Positions 38,275 to 51,099 of a stretch of 64,000 nucleotides of DNA are shown here, in pieces. The stretch covers positions 18,848,001 through 18,912,000 of the forward strand of contig NC_092671.1 of the NCBI RefSeq assembly GCF_964355755.1, in the 5' to 3' direction. The notes below the pieces were generated by a model, which had not been told where the DNA came from, ran no database searches, and saw only the letters and a program-made list of their open reading frames with translations. The stretch's first letter is position 1. Each line of letters starts with the position of its first letter. The position numbers and the translations under genes are program-made. The DNA is from Antedon mediterranea (taxonomy: Eukaryota; Animalia; Echinodermata).

Positions 38275-38964
38275 TACGTTTTATCTTACGATATCACTCC
38301 CTCCATCGGTTGATTTTCGTGAACATACATATGTTTCGGCCTAGCCCTATTAAATTACTTGCATCGATTTCTGGGCTGTTTGCTGCTTTCGGCCGATTAT
38401 TTCAGTATTGTTTTTGTTTGTTTTCTTTTTTTATCACTTGTACTTTCATTTATATTGTAATCAATTTAAGTGTTTACTATTATTTGTGTACTATTATATT
38501 ATTTTGTTGCACATCCCTTGTGGATAGTGCCTCTGTTAAAAAAGAGATACAATAAAGTTATTATTATTATTATAACACATCGTTTGATAGTATACAAATA
38601 ATGAATTTTATAATTGGAATGGTACAAATAATTTCATGAAGTGAAAGATATTTTTTCATCGACAAAAATAGCAATACCGCGCTTGCGACCGTAAAAATAA
38701 GACACTTTTTTCAGCATGTGACCCACAATCGTTCAATAAAATAATAGGAATCTATTATGTGTTTTATAATAAAAATGCCATGTGACTCGACCCACAATCG
38801 TCCAATCATATGACAGGAATCTACAGTATTTAGGTAATATAAAATTGACTACACACATTATATTCTCATCTTCACACACAAAGCTGGATCTAAAGGACTG
38901 TTTATTGGTTAGCTCTTTGTTTACGCTGTTGACGTTGATTGTCTACATCGAATTTATATTTAAA

Positions 38965-39874
38965 ATGAATTCTACCGAAATAGAATCATCAGCCACAGTG
39001 ACAATAATATTCAGAACAGTTATTTTTGTCATCATTATGCTTTTTGCAATTATTGGTAATTCTTTAACTCTTGCTATAATCTACACTGTCGAATCACTTC
39101 ACACAAAAACGTATGTCTTTGTCGCAAATCTAGCAATCGCAGATCTTGCAGTCGGACTATTCGTTATGCCTATTGTTCTTACTGCTTCTATATGTGATGG
39201 ATGGCCATTTGTACAAGACTGGATCTGCGAGTTATCTTCTTCTATAATGGGACAGTGTTACTTAACCAGCATTGCTACCCTATGTGCAATATCAGTGGAA
39301 AGATATTATTTATTTAATTAACCCTTTACTTTATGAATCAAAAATGAGCAAACGGAACGTTATCATTTTGTTATGTTGGACGTGGATTCAGCCTTTTATT
39401 TTTAGCATCCTAGCATTTGGGAAAAGCGAATACCACTCGTATTCATTTATTTGTGTACCTAAGTGGGAAGAGTACATTATTTTTTCAATTTGCATGACTG
39501 TTTTTTGTTTTTTCATTCCTCTTTCAATAATAGTCAAATCGTATTACCACATTGGTAAGTTAACTTTCCAGCAACTAAATCGTATTCATAATGTTACAGC
39601 AGTCGCATCGAATTCGACAAATATGATTAGGCCCAAGATCAAATCCGTTTTTGTGTTTGCAATTGTCATTGGCACATTAGTGTTATTGTGGTTGCCGTAC
39701 CAAGTTGTCGTGGATTTCCAGTTATGGAAGGTGCGATTACCAGATGGGTATATAACTGTTTCGATGTGGTTGACGTTGTCGACCTCGTCATGCAACCCAG
39801 TAATATACTGTCTGATGAATAGGACATTTAGAGACGGACTTTTAATAATTATGCGTCGAATTCTTAGACCATAG
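38965..39874 (+). pseudogene. Intronless rhodopsin-class GPCR, paralog of 47743-48654, with +1 frameshift after ERY
   Basis: ORFs 38782-39321 (TM1-3) and 39272-39874 (TM4-7) are in different frames; 39301-39325 has one extra base versus the intact copy. Confidence 0.8.
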
Positions 39875-40211
39875 CTAATTGCATGTTGGATACTTAGTAA
39901 ATGCATAAAATGGGTTGATTACATAACGCATTACTGATCTGTAATTTAATTTTCAGTGCACAATATAGTAATCAATTTATATGGTTTTGGAGGTTGTTTC
40001 TCTCTTATGTTGTTAATTGGTAAATGTGTTTATGTGTAGGCCTAAAATGTATGATACAGTATTTAATTTTCGTGTATATAAACTGTGTATGCTTATTGCC
40101 GTGATTAAATATTATAACACATGTTTGTAAACATTATTTATAGTCTATGAAATTCAATTAAAAATAAGAACTGTTTTTCTTTGAAAAAAATGTTGATGTT
40201 TACAGTCAGAC

Positions 40212-40239
40212 CAGGGAGTTGTTATTTTACAACTCCCTG
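40212..40239. mobile_element. 28-bp palindromic P-element-like mini-insertion with 7-bp TSD
   Basis: CAGGGAGTTGT-TATTTT-ACAACTCCCTG flanked by GTCAGAC on both sides. Confidence 0.55.
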
Positions 40240-41269
40240 GTCAGACAGCAGAGTGGATGACCTCGCGAATAATTACCAAATCTAAATTTGAATTGGCGCC
40301 ATCTTGACAACGCAAGTAGTGCGGAAATACAAAATGCAGAAAAAGCTACTTTCAATCAAATTTAAATAGCATATTCAAAAATTATATTTATATTAATAAA
40401 ATTCAACGAAAGGATTTACGAAACATAAGTTAATTCAGAAATACTGCCGAGATCGGTTCCTCGATACGGCATAGGGTAGCTAAGGGGCCTATGTAAAAAC
40501 AGATTTTACCTATTAAACATGCTTGCCAGTCCATTTCATTGTTATTCAGATTATTATTATTATATACAAATAAACTGATAAACTGATTTGCTTCTGATGA
40601 GAAAAGTTTCGGATTCATTTCGGTGTGACGGCGAATGAATTCACGTATTTTCGCCATTTTCTTAGGTATCCAGACAGCTGATAACCATTATCCTCGATTT
40701 TCCAGACGTCGTGTCTGCTACTGGTGCTCAATACTACAATATGTATTAAATACATATAGTACACTGTACTGTATTGTACGTTTAGTTTTTTGCGTTCTTT
40801 ATGGCAAAATAAATACTGTATTCTTAGAATTTCATTTTCATAATTTAACTTTTATCGATTATTTTCCTTTATCTAGATAAGAAGAAGTACAATATTATAC
40901 GGTAATTTATTTAAATTAAACTCCTAAATACAGTAGTATTACAGCCAAGTTGCAACTGCCACGATTCCATTCCACTCCACTGTTGTTAGCCTACTAACTA
41001 AATAATTATATATATATAGGTATTTTATTCATAAAAAACACATAAATAGTACAAACAGAAGGCAGCCAACGGCTGAAAAATTCTGCAAACAACGTACAAA
41101 GTAAAAAATTTAAAAGACTCTAACAACAATATAAAATATACAAGTACACAGAAAATAAGATCATTAAAAAGCCGTTAAAAATATTTAAAATGCCAAAAGA
41201 CCCAGATAAACCAAAACATGCGGTAATTATTATTAATGTTATAAACCTACAAAGTTTTAGTTTTAGAAG

Positions 41270-41990
41270 CTTCATTCATTCTATCAATAATGTTAGGGAT
41301 GGTTGAGCGTTTCCAACGATTAGTTTTACACAAGGGGGCATCCAACAAATTAAAATTTCTCAAATTGCGACCGCGTTACGATAAGGGGGAAGCATATCAC
41401 GATAGAGTTTAGAAAGTAGTATCCCCTTCCCAAATTCCATCATCAAGTTATCTCTTCTGGCTTCAAGGGAACATAATCCAGACATGGATAAAGCATTTTC
41501 ATAACTGATGTAATTAGCACCGTAAATACATCTTAGAGCTCTCTTTTGTACCCTTTCAATTCTAGTACATTGGATATTGGTTAATGAGCTATGCCACAAG
41601 GGACACGCATATTCCAAAACTGGACGTATGTACGTAGTAAAAACAGTTAACAGGTCGTTAGCTGGGGCCAAAGCTTTCCTAAGAATGGAAAAGGGTAAAA
41701 AGTCGTTTAGATGCTTTAGAAACACATTCATTAACTTGAATGTCCCATTTAAGATCACATTGTATTACAACCCCTAGTAATTTTAAGACTCAAACCACTT
41801 CGATGACATGGTCATTAAGTGTAAAAATTGGTTGCGGTGTGTGGCCCTGTAAAAAGGACACTCTCATAATATGACATTTACTAGGTTGTGGGGGAGCATG
41901 CTGTTGCTAGAACACCAAGTGTCAACATTTTTAAGGATAGTTTGCATTTTTTGATCATTTCCCCTTCTATAATTAACAACTTCCCCGTAC
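41270..41990 (-). mobile_element. CR1/L2-group LINE 3' fragment
   Basis: ORF 41360-41758: DLLTVFTTYIRPVLEYACPLWHSSLT...IERVQKRALRCI...SLEARR. Confidence 0.8.
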
Positions 41991-42644
41991 TAACAATATA
42001 ACAAGACATATTTAATTAACCACCATTAAGTAATTTTATTCACAAAAAATGTATTTTACATACAGTATAACATGGGGTAATATCTTCGTTTACGTCGAAG
42101 TAAAATATGCCTATCAGACTATTTTCTAAAATGTCAAGTTATATGTCAATATTTGAGTTAAAATTATCGCGATAATAAAAACATTTTTGTTGTTTTTAAC
42201 TTTTAAAGACATCTGTTACGTACATCAATTTAAAAGTATCACAATAGGGAATGTTGTGCAGCACAAGATGAATCACAAGTTCATAGTTTATTCTTAGAAA
42301 CCTGTTAGTTAAATCATTTTAATGTCATCGCCAATTTTGTTGCCATCACTACTGTATGCTACATTAAAATCATAATATCTTTCTACGACCGCCGTCCAAA
42401 TTACCTCCTTTTACCTACAGTCCTAGGCTACATTATATTACAAACTCCTGACAGCCACATAGTATTTTCTTTGGCAAAGCATTTCCCGTTAATAATATAG
42501 TCCTGAATTTCAACAAGGTTTAGGCCTAGGCCTATAAGTATATATTCAATATATATCCACAATTCAGTGGATATGAAATTCAACATTCTAAACATAACTC
42601 TGCCTCACACATTGGTTAGACTAAGTCGGCAATATGCCATTTAA

Positions 42645-43171
42645 AGATGTATTGTCCCTTGAAACACAAAAAATGAAAAAAAAAATATTCTAAATTTAAA
42701 TTAGCCATATCAAAGTAATATTAAAGTTATTCACTTGAAGTCGAAAATTCGAGCCAAAAACAACAAGTTTACGTAATTAACAGGTAAATTAATTAGATTA
42801 CATTTCGTCTGGGAAATCGTCGCAAGCGAAAGTAAACAAAGATTTCAAACCATGCGTATGCATTATGCATGATGCTAATTAGGATTGTTTACAACTCGTC
42901 ACGGTTGAAAAGGTGTTTTTACACAGATCGCGAAGAAGTTTTATGATTATGCATACAGAGTAGCCAAACAAGCGCGTTGCATTATGAGATATGTTTTGAT
43001 TGAAAACTTTGACTGGAAGTCAAAAAACATCTGTATTTCGGTAAAAAAAAAAAATTTTCCGACTAATTTTTGGTGAAAGTTAATAACTATTATGATACTT
43101 CAAAATGACCCCCTTTTTTTCAAAATAAAAAAAAAATTGTTTTTTTAATTAGTCAAAGGGACAATACATAT
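42645..43171. mobile_element. Kolobok-type MITE
   Basis: TTAA|AGATGTATTGTCCCTT ... AAGGGACAATACATAT|TTAA. Confidence 0.7.
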
Positions 43172-43829
43172 TTAATGTAACACACGGCCTGTACTAAACA
43201 TACGAATCCAAGATGGCGTCTACTTAGAATATATCCTTAGCTTTGAACGGATATTGAATCCGCCCCACAGGGTGAACTCGGCTAAACATCTTCCTAACAT
43301 ACTGGTCAAACGTCACACCAGCCTCAATTTATCTCAGAACATTAGCTACTTTTCGTCGGGCCATGTTCCAGAATTTGCACCGCGGAATGTGACTTAATCT
43401 ACCTACCTTAACAAGTGACAGTATTTAATTGACACAGGATTAGGTTAATCCCCACATTCCAAATTGTAAGGATGTGGACTGCGACAAAAGGGAAAGTCAC
43501 GCCTTTTCTCAGTTTGACCACGGTCTGGTGGTGAATTTGGCTTTATTTGCTTTTAACATGACAAAAGAGATCAGTATGGTCCTTTAATCTTGCAACTGCA
43601 TGAGTGCAGATCTTTAACTAGGGTTCTATTGAAGCGTTCTGCTTGAGCACTATCCGTGGGCCTAGGTGTAGAAGTTCTTATTCTCTTGAAACTAGTAATT
43701 TTCTGTAATAATGTTACTTTCCTTTTATTTCAGTTCCTTATTCATTATTAGTAAATCCAGATCCCAATAAAAGTCCAAAAGGTGTGAAATAGCATAAAGC
43801 GAGAGTTTTGTCCACTATCGCCAACAATA

Positions 43830-44450
43830 CATACACATCGATGTGATGGTCTTATGATGTGCTGGTCAAACATTTCATGAATCATAGCCTTTACTTACTT
43901 ATTCGGGTTGGGTGTATACGTCTGAACGGTTGGCGTAATGTGCCCGGTTAGATGTTGTGATTGAGTGTGTTATCAAGTTGCACTTGCTGACATCGTATGA
44001 TCCGTCCGAGAAAGCATCAGGATACTTCGTTATGCAGTTAGATACCACTAACTTTTCTTCATCATTCAAGTGACTTAAATCGAGTCCAGGAGCTACATCC
44101 GATGTCACCTGTGTTACTGGGTCCGGTTGTTCAGTTGTTATCTTATCGCCAGGTTGCACCAAAACTTCGTTCACATACACCTCATAACCACCAACCATCT
44201 CTACTAACTCTGCCTTTTGTGTTCGCTCCATAGGTTAGACTTCGCCTACCATACTGTCTTTTGTCAGTTTAATGTCTCGCTTCTCATTGTTCGCTAACAT
44301 CACCTTCACTACCCCATCGTCGGTAATGTCGCAGCCCTCAATAACTTCTACAGAAGATTTGTTGTGTGTGGAACTAATTAGCACTTCACCAGAGACACTA
44401 CCCGTATGACACAAAATCCTTCTTATACTACATGCCGGCCAGATTATTCG
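43830..44450 (-). mobile_element. Gypsy pol remnant (protease-RT linker)
   Basis: LDLSHLNDEEKLVVSNCITKYPDAFS...CNLITHSITT, followed by degraded VKAMIHEMFDQHIIRPS. Confidence 0.65.
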
Positions 44451-44599
44451 TCTAATCCGGTCCTTTAGTAGATTTTTGTTTAATGGAGTCCTTTGACTGT
44501 TGAAGAATGGAACCCACCTCTAATCTTGTCTTGTTTTCTATGGTGGTACACTCCAAATAATGGTAAGAACCAGCATTCCACGTTGCGTTCTCTTTGTGT

Positions 44600-44970
44600 G
44601 ATTTTTGATAAAACTTGTCGTTAGTAGATTTGATCTTTCGATTTCAAGGCGAGCTTCTTGTTCTTATACATTTCTTTCATCGATAGACATACATATCTGC
44701 TCTTTGTCAAAATGGAATAAGTCGTCTACTTTAATCTGATTTAGAAAGGTGACATTGTGGTAGCACTTGTGTACATAGGCAGTTCTTTCTTTTTTCCGTG
44801 TAAGGCATGCTTCACCAATTACAACTCAACTTAGATCCAAGGGGCGTTGTTAGGTCCGTTGATTACATCCCCCACTCTGTGCGTTTGTGGTGCATCCCTT
44901 CCTAGTAAAACCATAACTTCTGCATTCTTGTCTAAAGGTAGAATTTCATTAGTCTTCCAAATCCAATTGA
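44600..44970 (-). mobile_element. BEL/Pao LTR-retrotransposon remnant
   Basis: ILPLDKNAEVMVLLGRDAPQTHRVGDVINGPNNAPW...VVIGEACL motif typical of the BEL/Pao protease-adjacent region. Confidence 0.6.
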
Positions 44971-44979
44971 CTCTCTTGA

Positions 44980-45500
44980 TTGTCGTCTGATTTATGTTTT
45001 GTGTACAAGAAAACTGTATACAGCTCATTTCTGAAAGCCAACATGCATTGGTCACGGTAATAAGCATCACGTGCAAACATAAGCCTTTGGAAACTTTGGC
45101 AAGCACCTTGGTATCACCCATTTCATTTGCAGATTTGATATTTTTATCTCTACCGTTAGTCTTCACTTTAAGCAGTACATCATTTGGATTTGCATTTTGA
45201 TTGATGCTTTTAACTTCAAGACTCCTTTATCACAAAAGAAACATGACTTTGATAATCTCAAGTGTGCTTCTGTGTTTACAGTGCTCTGTGTTCTTTTGCA
45301 CATTGTATCACTGTTTTGATTTTCTTCTACTTTCTTTATTTTTGTCATGGCCCTCTGTAATCTTGTTGAAGATAACTCAAGAATGCAGCTTTTATGCCAT
45401 CTAGCCTGATTCGTAATTAGATTCATAGTAATACGCATGCATCACCCTGCAAAGCAGCCACACAAACTTTACATTTATCTGACAGTGGCAAATCGTTTTC
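44980..45500 (-). mobile_element. Academ transposase N-terminal remnant
   Basis: NQARWHKSCILELSSTRLQRA, CFFCDK, MGDTKVLAKVSKG in successive frames. Confidence 0.55.
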
Positions 45501-46158
45501 TATGAATTTTTCTTATTTTGCCTTTAAAATGATAATATACATCCGTTTTGTAGAAAGTAACATAAATACACTAAATCTATGCCTAGGCTGAATAAACTTC
45601 ACAAATACAAATGTACTGTATGTCTATTCATTCAAGATAGAAAAGAGAATACATTATATTGCATTCTATTTTATTTTTTTGAATTTACACCCTAATTAAC
45701 ATCAAGCCTAACCTTCTCCTTTCCTAAGATACAAGCTAGGCCTATCAAAGGCAGACCTATAATTGCCTAAGGCAAGCCATATATGTTAGTAAACACTAAC
45801 TCAAATTTGAGTACGCGACTGCAGATATGTATATGGCCTTGTTCATATTCCTGCTAACAATCATCCTTTAAGTCCATCACATTTTGAATTAATATAATTA
45901 ATCTACAATATTAACATAAACGACATATGATCACATAATAACATCGTTTAAATGTCAATGTTCATAAATTGTATCCGGTCATTTTATGTGAAATGTTTCA
46001 TTACAACAAATGTATATATATTTATTCCAAGTTCGAGTCTCGGTTGGGGCGACTTTTTCTCATTCTCACAGATTTCCTCATCTTTATCGTTTCAAATTAA
46101 TTAATTAAATTTCAGTATATCACCGGGCGGTTTAGAATTAATGTTCTGTGCCTGATTT

Positions 46159-46161
<3 letters not shown>

Positions 46162-46190
<29 letters not shown>
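46162..46190. repeat. (TA)n microsatellite
   Basis: ~14 TA dinucleotides. Confidence 0.9.
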
Positions 46191-46194
<4 letters not shown>

Positions 46195-46571
46195 CTGAAC
46201 AAAATGACACCAAAATCGAATGAAGATGCCCAGTAGTTATTTAGATATACAAATATTAGGTCAAATGCGAAAAAATCCTGTTTCCTGTCACTTTTGGGCG
46301 AAATTGTCTATTAGAGCTGCAAATAGAAATATTTAGATTGTGAACAATTTGAGATCAAAATCAAGTTTCTACTGTTTGTAGTTATATGAGCACTAAATAG
46401 CGCATTATGCTGAAAGCCTCAATGCGCTTTACATAGACAGAAACATTTAGAAAATTAAAAATTCAATTTTGAGGAGAGATTTTGAAGACAATGGTGGAAG
46501 TTGCATTAACTGCTCTACTAGTAGGAGTAGGAATCAGCTGTGTGTTCGTTGTCACGCAGCGATGAGCAGCC

Positions 46572-47328
46572 TAAAGCCTGTTTTCCTGTCGACGCTATCA
46601 TCGTTAATCGTTAAAAGTTCAACGACGATCGTTTGAAAACGATCAAGTTGAAATGTTAACGATAGCGCGAACATTTGATTTCTAGCGTTGAACGTTAGAG
46701 TTGAAACTCCGGTCTTCTTTCTCGACGTCGTCGTAACGCGCAAAAATGAATAGAGGACTCCCCTGCCTCTAGCAGTAGGCTCACACTAGTGTAGGACACG
46801 TGGGCCTAGGCATACTAATATCTCTATATACTGATGGTTCTTCGTTTTCAGTAGGCCTATCCTAGTCCAAATAGCATTTTGGACTAGGCTGAAGACTTTG
46901 ACCTACCTAATATCCCCGCGCCTACTTTCCGGAACATCATTTTATAGTAACTTTGGCAAGGCTAGGCCTAGCTTTGACCGCGCCGCGATGCAACAAAAAT
47001 AAATGTTGTCAGCAGAATTTGCCATCAATTATGTGACGTCATGTGCTGTATCGCCATGATGATTGGTCAGTTCTTACGTTTTAGCGTTGCGATATCGCTA
47101 GAGTTGAACTGGATTCAACTCTTGCGATTGTCAACGATCGTGACTTGTAGCGTCGATTAACGTCGATTATTACACCTTTTCCTGTAAATCGCCGACATTT
47201 TGTATCGTCATCGCTAGTTAAAAAAGTCCCTTTTCCTGTAAATCGTTAACATTTCTATGTTTACGTTGAAGATCGCCGATTTTTGTTAACGATAACGTCT
47301 ACTAACGTCGACAGGAAAACAGGCTTTA
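46572..47328. mobile_element. Harbinger-like MITE upstream of the intact GPCR
   Basis: Perfect 23-bp inverted repeat TAAAGCCTGTTTTCCTGTCGACG at 46572-46594 and 47306-47328; CpG-rich interior. Confidence 0.8.
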
Positions 47329-47742
47329 ATGAGTCCGAAACGAACCGAACTCCGGTACGGAAAAAATCGCTTCCAGCCGATTTAATATCACATCGTTTGA
47401 TAGTATACAAATAATGAATGTTTATAAGTGGAATGGTAAAAATAATTTCATGAAGTGAAAGATGACATTTTTCCGCCGACAAAAATAGAAATACACCGCG
47501 CACGCGAGCGTAAACACAATAGGCCTACACTTAATTTGTCAACATATGACGCGAATTCATTTAGTTTATACATATTAACGTCTATAAAACACCATGTAAC
47601 CCACAATCGTCCAATCAGATGGCAGGAATATATTTAGGTTTTATATAAAAGTGATATTATTCTTGTATACACACATAAAGCTGGATCTAAAGGACTGTTT
47701 ATTGTTAGCTTTTTGTTTTTCTACATCGAATTTGTATTTAAA

Positions 47743-48654
47743 ATGAATTCTACCGAAATTGAATCATCAGCCACAGTGACAATAATATTCAGAACAATCA
47801 TTTTTGTTATCCTTATGCTTTTTGCAATTATTGGTAATTCTTTAACTCTTGCTGTAATCTACGCAGTCGAATCACTTCACACAAAAACGTATGTCTTTGT
47901 CGCAAACCTAGCAATCGCAGATCTTTCAGTCGGACTATTCGTTATGCCTATTGTTCTTACTGCTTCTATATGTGATAGGTGGCCATTTGTACAAGACTGG
48001 ATCTGTGAGTTATCTTCTTCTTTGATTGGACAGTGTTACTTAACAAGCGTTGCTTCGCTATGTGCAATATCAGTTGAAAGATACCATTCAATAATTAACC
48101 CTTTACTTTATGAATCAAAAATGAGCAAACGGAATGTTATCATGTTATTATGTTGGACGTGGATTCAGCCTTTTATTTTCATCGTCCTAGGATTGGGGAA
48201 TAACGAATATGACCCTTATTCTTTTGTTTGTCTACCTAAGTGGGAAGAGAACATCATTCTTTCAATAATCATGTCTGTTTTTTGTTTTTTCATTCCGGTT
48301 TCATTAACAGTCAAATCGTATTACCACATTGGTAAGTTAACTTTCCAGCAACTCAATCGTATTCAGAATGTTACAACACTTGCATCGAATTCGACAAATA
48401 TGATTAGGCCCAAGATCAAATCCGGTTTTGTGTTTGCAATTGTCATTGGCACTTTTTTGACATTGTGGTTGCCGTACCAAGTTGTAGTGAATTGCAATTT
48501 ATGGAAGGTGCGCTTACCAAATGGGTATATAACTGTTTCGATGTGGCTGGTGTTATTGACCTCGTCATGTAACCCAGTAATATACTGTCTAATGAATAGG
48601 ACATTTAGAGGCGGACTTTTAATAATTATTCGTCGAATTTTTCTTAGACCATAG
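47743..48654 (+). CDS. Intronless class A (rhodopsin-like) orphan GPCR, 303 aa
   Basis: MNSTE N-glycosylated N-terminus, GN (TM1), NLAIADL (TM2), C3.25...ERY (TM3), W4.50, P5.50, WLPY (TM6), NPVIY (TM7); no D3.32 and no K7.43. Confidence 0.9.
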   Translation: MNSTEIESSATVTIIFRTIIFVILMLFAIIGNSLTLAVIYAVESLHTKTYVFVANLAIADLSVGLFVMPIVLTASICDRWPFVQDWICELSSSLIGQCYLTSVASLCAISVERYHSIINPLLYESKMSKRNVIMLLCWTWIQPFIFIVLGLGNNEYDPYSFVCLPKWEENIILSIIMSVFCFFIPVSLTVKSYYHIGKLTFQQLNRIQNVTTLASNSTNMIRPKIKSGFVFAIVIGTFLTLWLPYQVVVNCNLWKVRLPNGYITVSMWLVLLTSSCNPVIYCLMNRTFRGGLLIIIRRIFLRP

Positions 48655-49201
48655 CTAATTGCATGTTGGATACTTTAAAGTAAATGCATCAAATAGGTTG
48701 ATTACTTAATGCATTACTGCTCTAATGTAATTTTATGGTAATCAAGTTATACGCTTTCAGAGATGGGTTTTCTCTCGTATGTTGTTATTAATTGATAAAA
48801 TATGTTTATGTGTAGGCCTAAAATGTATATATTTGATTTTGCTGTATATAAACTGTGTATGCTTATTGCTGTGATTAAATGTTATAATCAAAAATCACAA
48901 AACATGTTTGTAAACATTAATAGTCTATAAAATTCAATTAAAAATAAGAAATGTTTTGCTTTGAAATAAATGTTGATGTTTACTTTCATGACCTTTAGGC
49001 AAACCAAACTTTGGTTTGCCTAAAGGTAGATGTCTGAATTAAGTTTAGTTTTAGATAGCTAATTATTTACAACAAAAGTGTCTGTTAATTGTTTTCTTCA
49101 TAATAATTCATTTCTTACTTTTACCAGGGATGAGTTAAATGTTAAATTACAATTGTAATTTAACTCTTCCCTGCTTATACCTATTTATATATGTATAAAC
49201 A

Positions 49202-49770
49202 TTTTTGTGGATTTTTACTTTTATGTTAAACCAAGACAACGAAAAGGAATAAAATTACCTTCGTGACGTTTCGCCGACAATCTGTCAGCTGCTTCAGACT
49301 AATGCCTGGGTTGGAATGGTCTGGTTTTTTGTAAGTGACGCTGAACAGCGCCACCAGCCGTCTGGTTGGTATTGACGGTAGAGCGTCTCCGCTGGCCCCC
49401 TCCTGCTTCAACTTTTTCCAGCAAACTATCATATGTATGTGGGAGGTCATACCCACCAATGTCTCTGTTGATATTATGTGGTCTTTTTCTTATGCAGATA
49501 GATTCTTTTATTTTTCTTTTGTCTGTCTGTGCTTCTTTTTCAATAACTCTCGCATTCCAATTTGGAATATGGTCATTCCCTATAGCGTGGTCAGTTATGG
49601 CTGACTTATGTAAAACCAGACCATTCCAACCCAGGCATTAGTCTGAAGCAGCTGACAGATTGTCGGCGAAACGTCACGAAGGTAATTTTATTCCTTTTCG
49701 TTGTCTTGGTTTAACATAAAAGTAAAAATCCACAAAAATATTATTTGGAACCAGATGAATTTATTCAATG
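49202..49770 (-). mobile_element. Short Penelope insertion with 128-bp inverted pLTRs and 12-bp TSD
   Basis: 49201-49328 inverted at 49612-49739; interior reads (minus) AITDHAIGNDHIPNW...KIKESICIRK...INRDIG (GIY-YIG C-terminus); TATGTATAAACA at 49190-49201 and 49771-49782. Confidence 0.85.
49643..49675 (+). ncRNA. Hammerhead-ribozyme-like motif (second copy on minus strand at 49265-49297)
   Basis: CTGAAGCA-GCTGACA-GAT-TGTCGGC-GAAAC-GTC: CUGA..G core, 7-bp stem II, GAAA box, GUC triplet. Confidence 0.55.
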
Positions 49771-49869
49771 TATGTATAAACAGTTATTGTAAATACAATT
49801 GTGGCTATTTTTAAGCAGGTATGCATATTAACAATTTTGGTCTAAGTGGTTGTATAAACAATTATGTAC

Positions 49870-50150
49870 CTACTTAAGTATTTCCTGGCTTTGGGTTGTT
49901 AAGTCTTAAATAATCTTTACTTTTTATCTAAAATACAGTTCCAATCGCCGCAAACAATGTGGATTTTTATATTCTAATATAACTTTAACTTTATTTTGTC
50001 GTAAAACCTGGGGAAATCGTTGTTGGTGCCATAAATTGAGATTAGCGTGAGTTTTAGGTCGGCAACTTTTACCTCTAAAGCCAGCATATTTCCATCGTTA
50101 TCTTTTTTTATGTTATGCGAGAGTGTAATTAAAATTATTGTTGAAGATGA
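49870..50150 (-). mobile_element. L1/Tx1 endonuclease fragment
   Basis: DNDGNMLALEVKVADLKLTLISIYGTNND...IVCGDWN. Confidence 0.6.
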
Positions 50151-51099
50151 TCCCGGTATAAAGATCAACATGATTACATAACAATGTTACAATATAAAAA
50201 GTTAAAACTTGAGAAGTTGGTTAATGATGATGATGGTTTAAAAATGGCTTTAAAATTTGCATAAAGAACAGCATTTAAACAGAATACTGTTCATTACCAT
50301 AGTTAAAAAGGCCATTAAAATACAAGTTATTTAGAAGAACAAAGACAAATGAATATCAAAAATTCATTTAAATAATAGGGAGCTGAAAATCTTATGTACT
50401 GTATTTAACTTTATTTGAGTAACTCTGTCTTCGACATTTAATATTCCTAGTTTATTCAACTATTTCTGTCCAATATGGGTTCTTGGTCCTTCACTTAAAA
50501 TATATCTTGTTTTGCATGACTTGTAACTTATTTTTATTGTATACTTATTTCTTTGTAGTGGCAGAATACCAAGATGAACATGCATAATCAAAATTACATT
50601 GAATAAGAGCATAGCTTAAACTTTTTCTTGCATGTGTATTCTGTCTATATTCTTCCATAATCATTTGTTTGGGTTTACATTATTTTAGGTTAGAAACGAT
50701 TTTCGTTATTAGTATATTATAAAGTTAGTACACTGTGTTATGAAATAGCATAGATTATAAATTCCCTTTATTTATTACTTGGCCCTTTAGATGGTCTGGC
50801 CTGGCATTTAAGCTTAAACCCGATTTAATGTTAACTATAGTTATAGATTCCAATTGCATTATACATTGGAAATAATGAATATAATCTTTTATAATAAGCA
50901 TTGGGCTACAGCACTTGTTGAAAATATATTAATATACTCTTCTAGTTAAGAATTGGGCTACAACTACAGTTTTTCACTTTAACATGGTTAATGTACATTA
51001 TTTATATATATATACCGCAGCAGGGGGTACCCGACAGACTCCCATTTACATTGACTTCAAGTGACCCCCAACACACATAAATTGGTACCTAGCTCATCT

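Noticed and set aside
47743-48654. Opsin or biogenic-amine receptor identity
   Set aside because: No Lys at 7.43 and no Asp at 3.32; left as orphan class A GPCR with no gene symbol.
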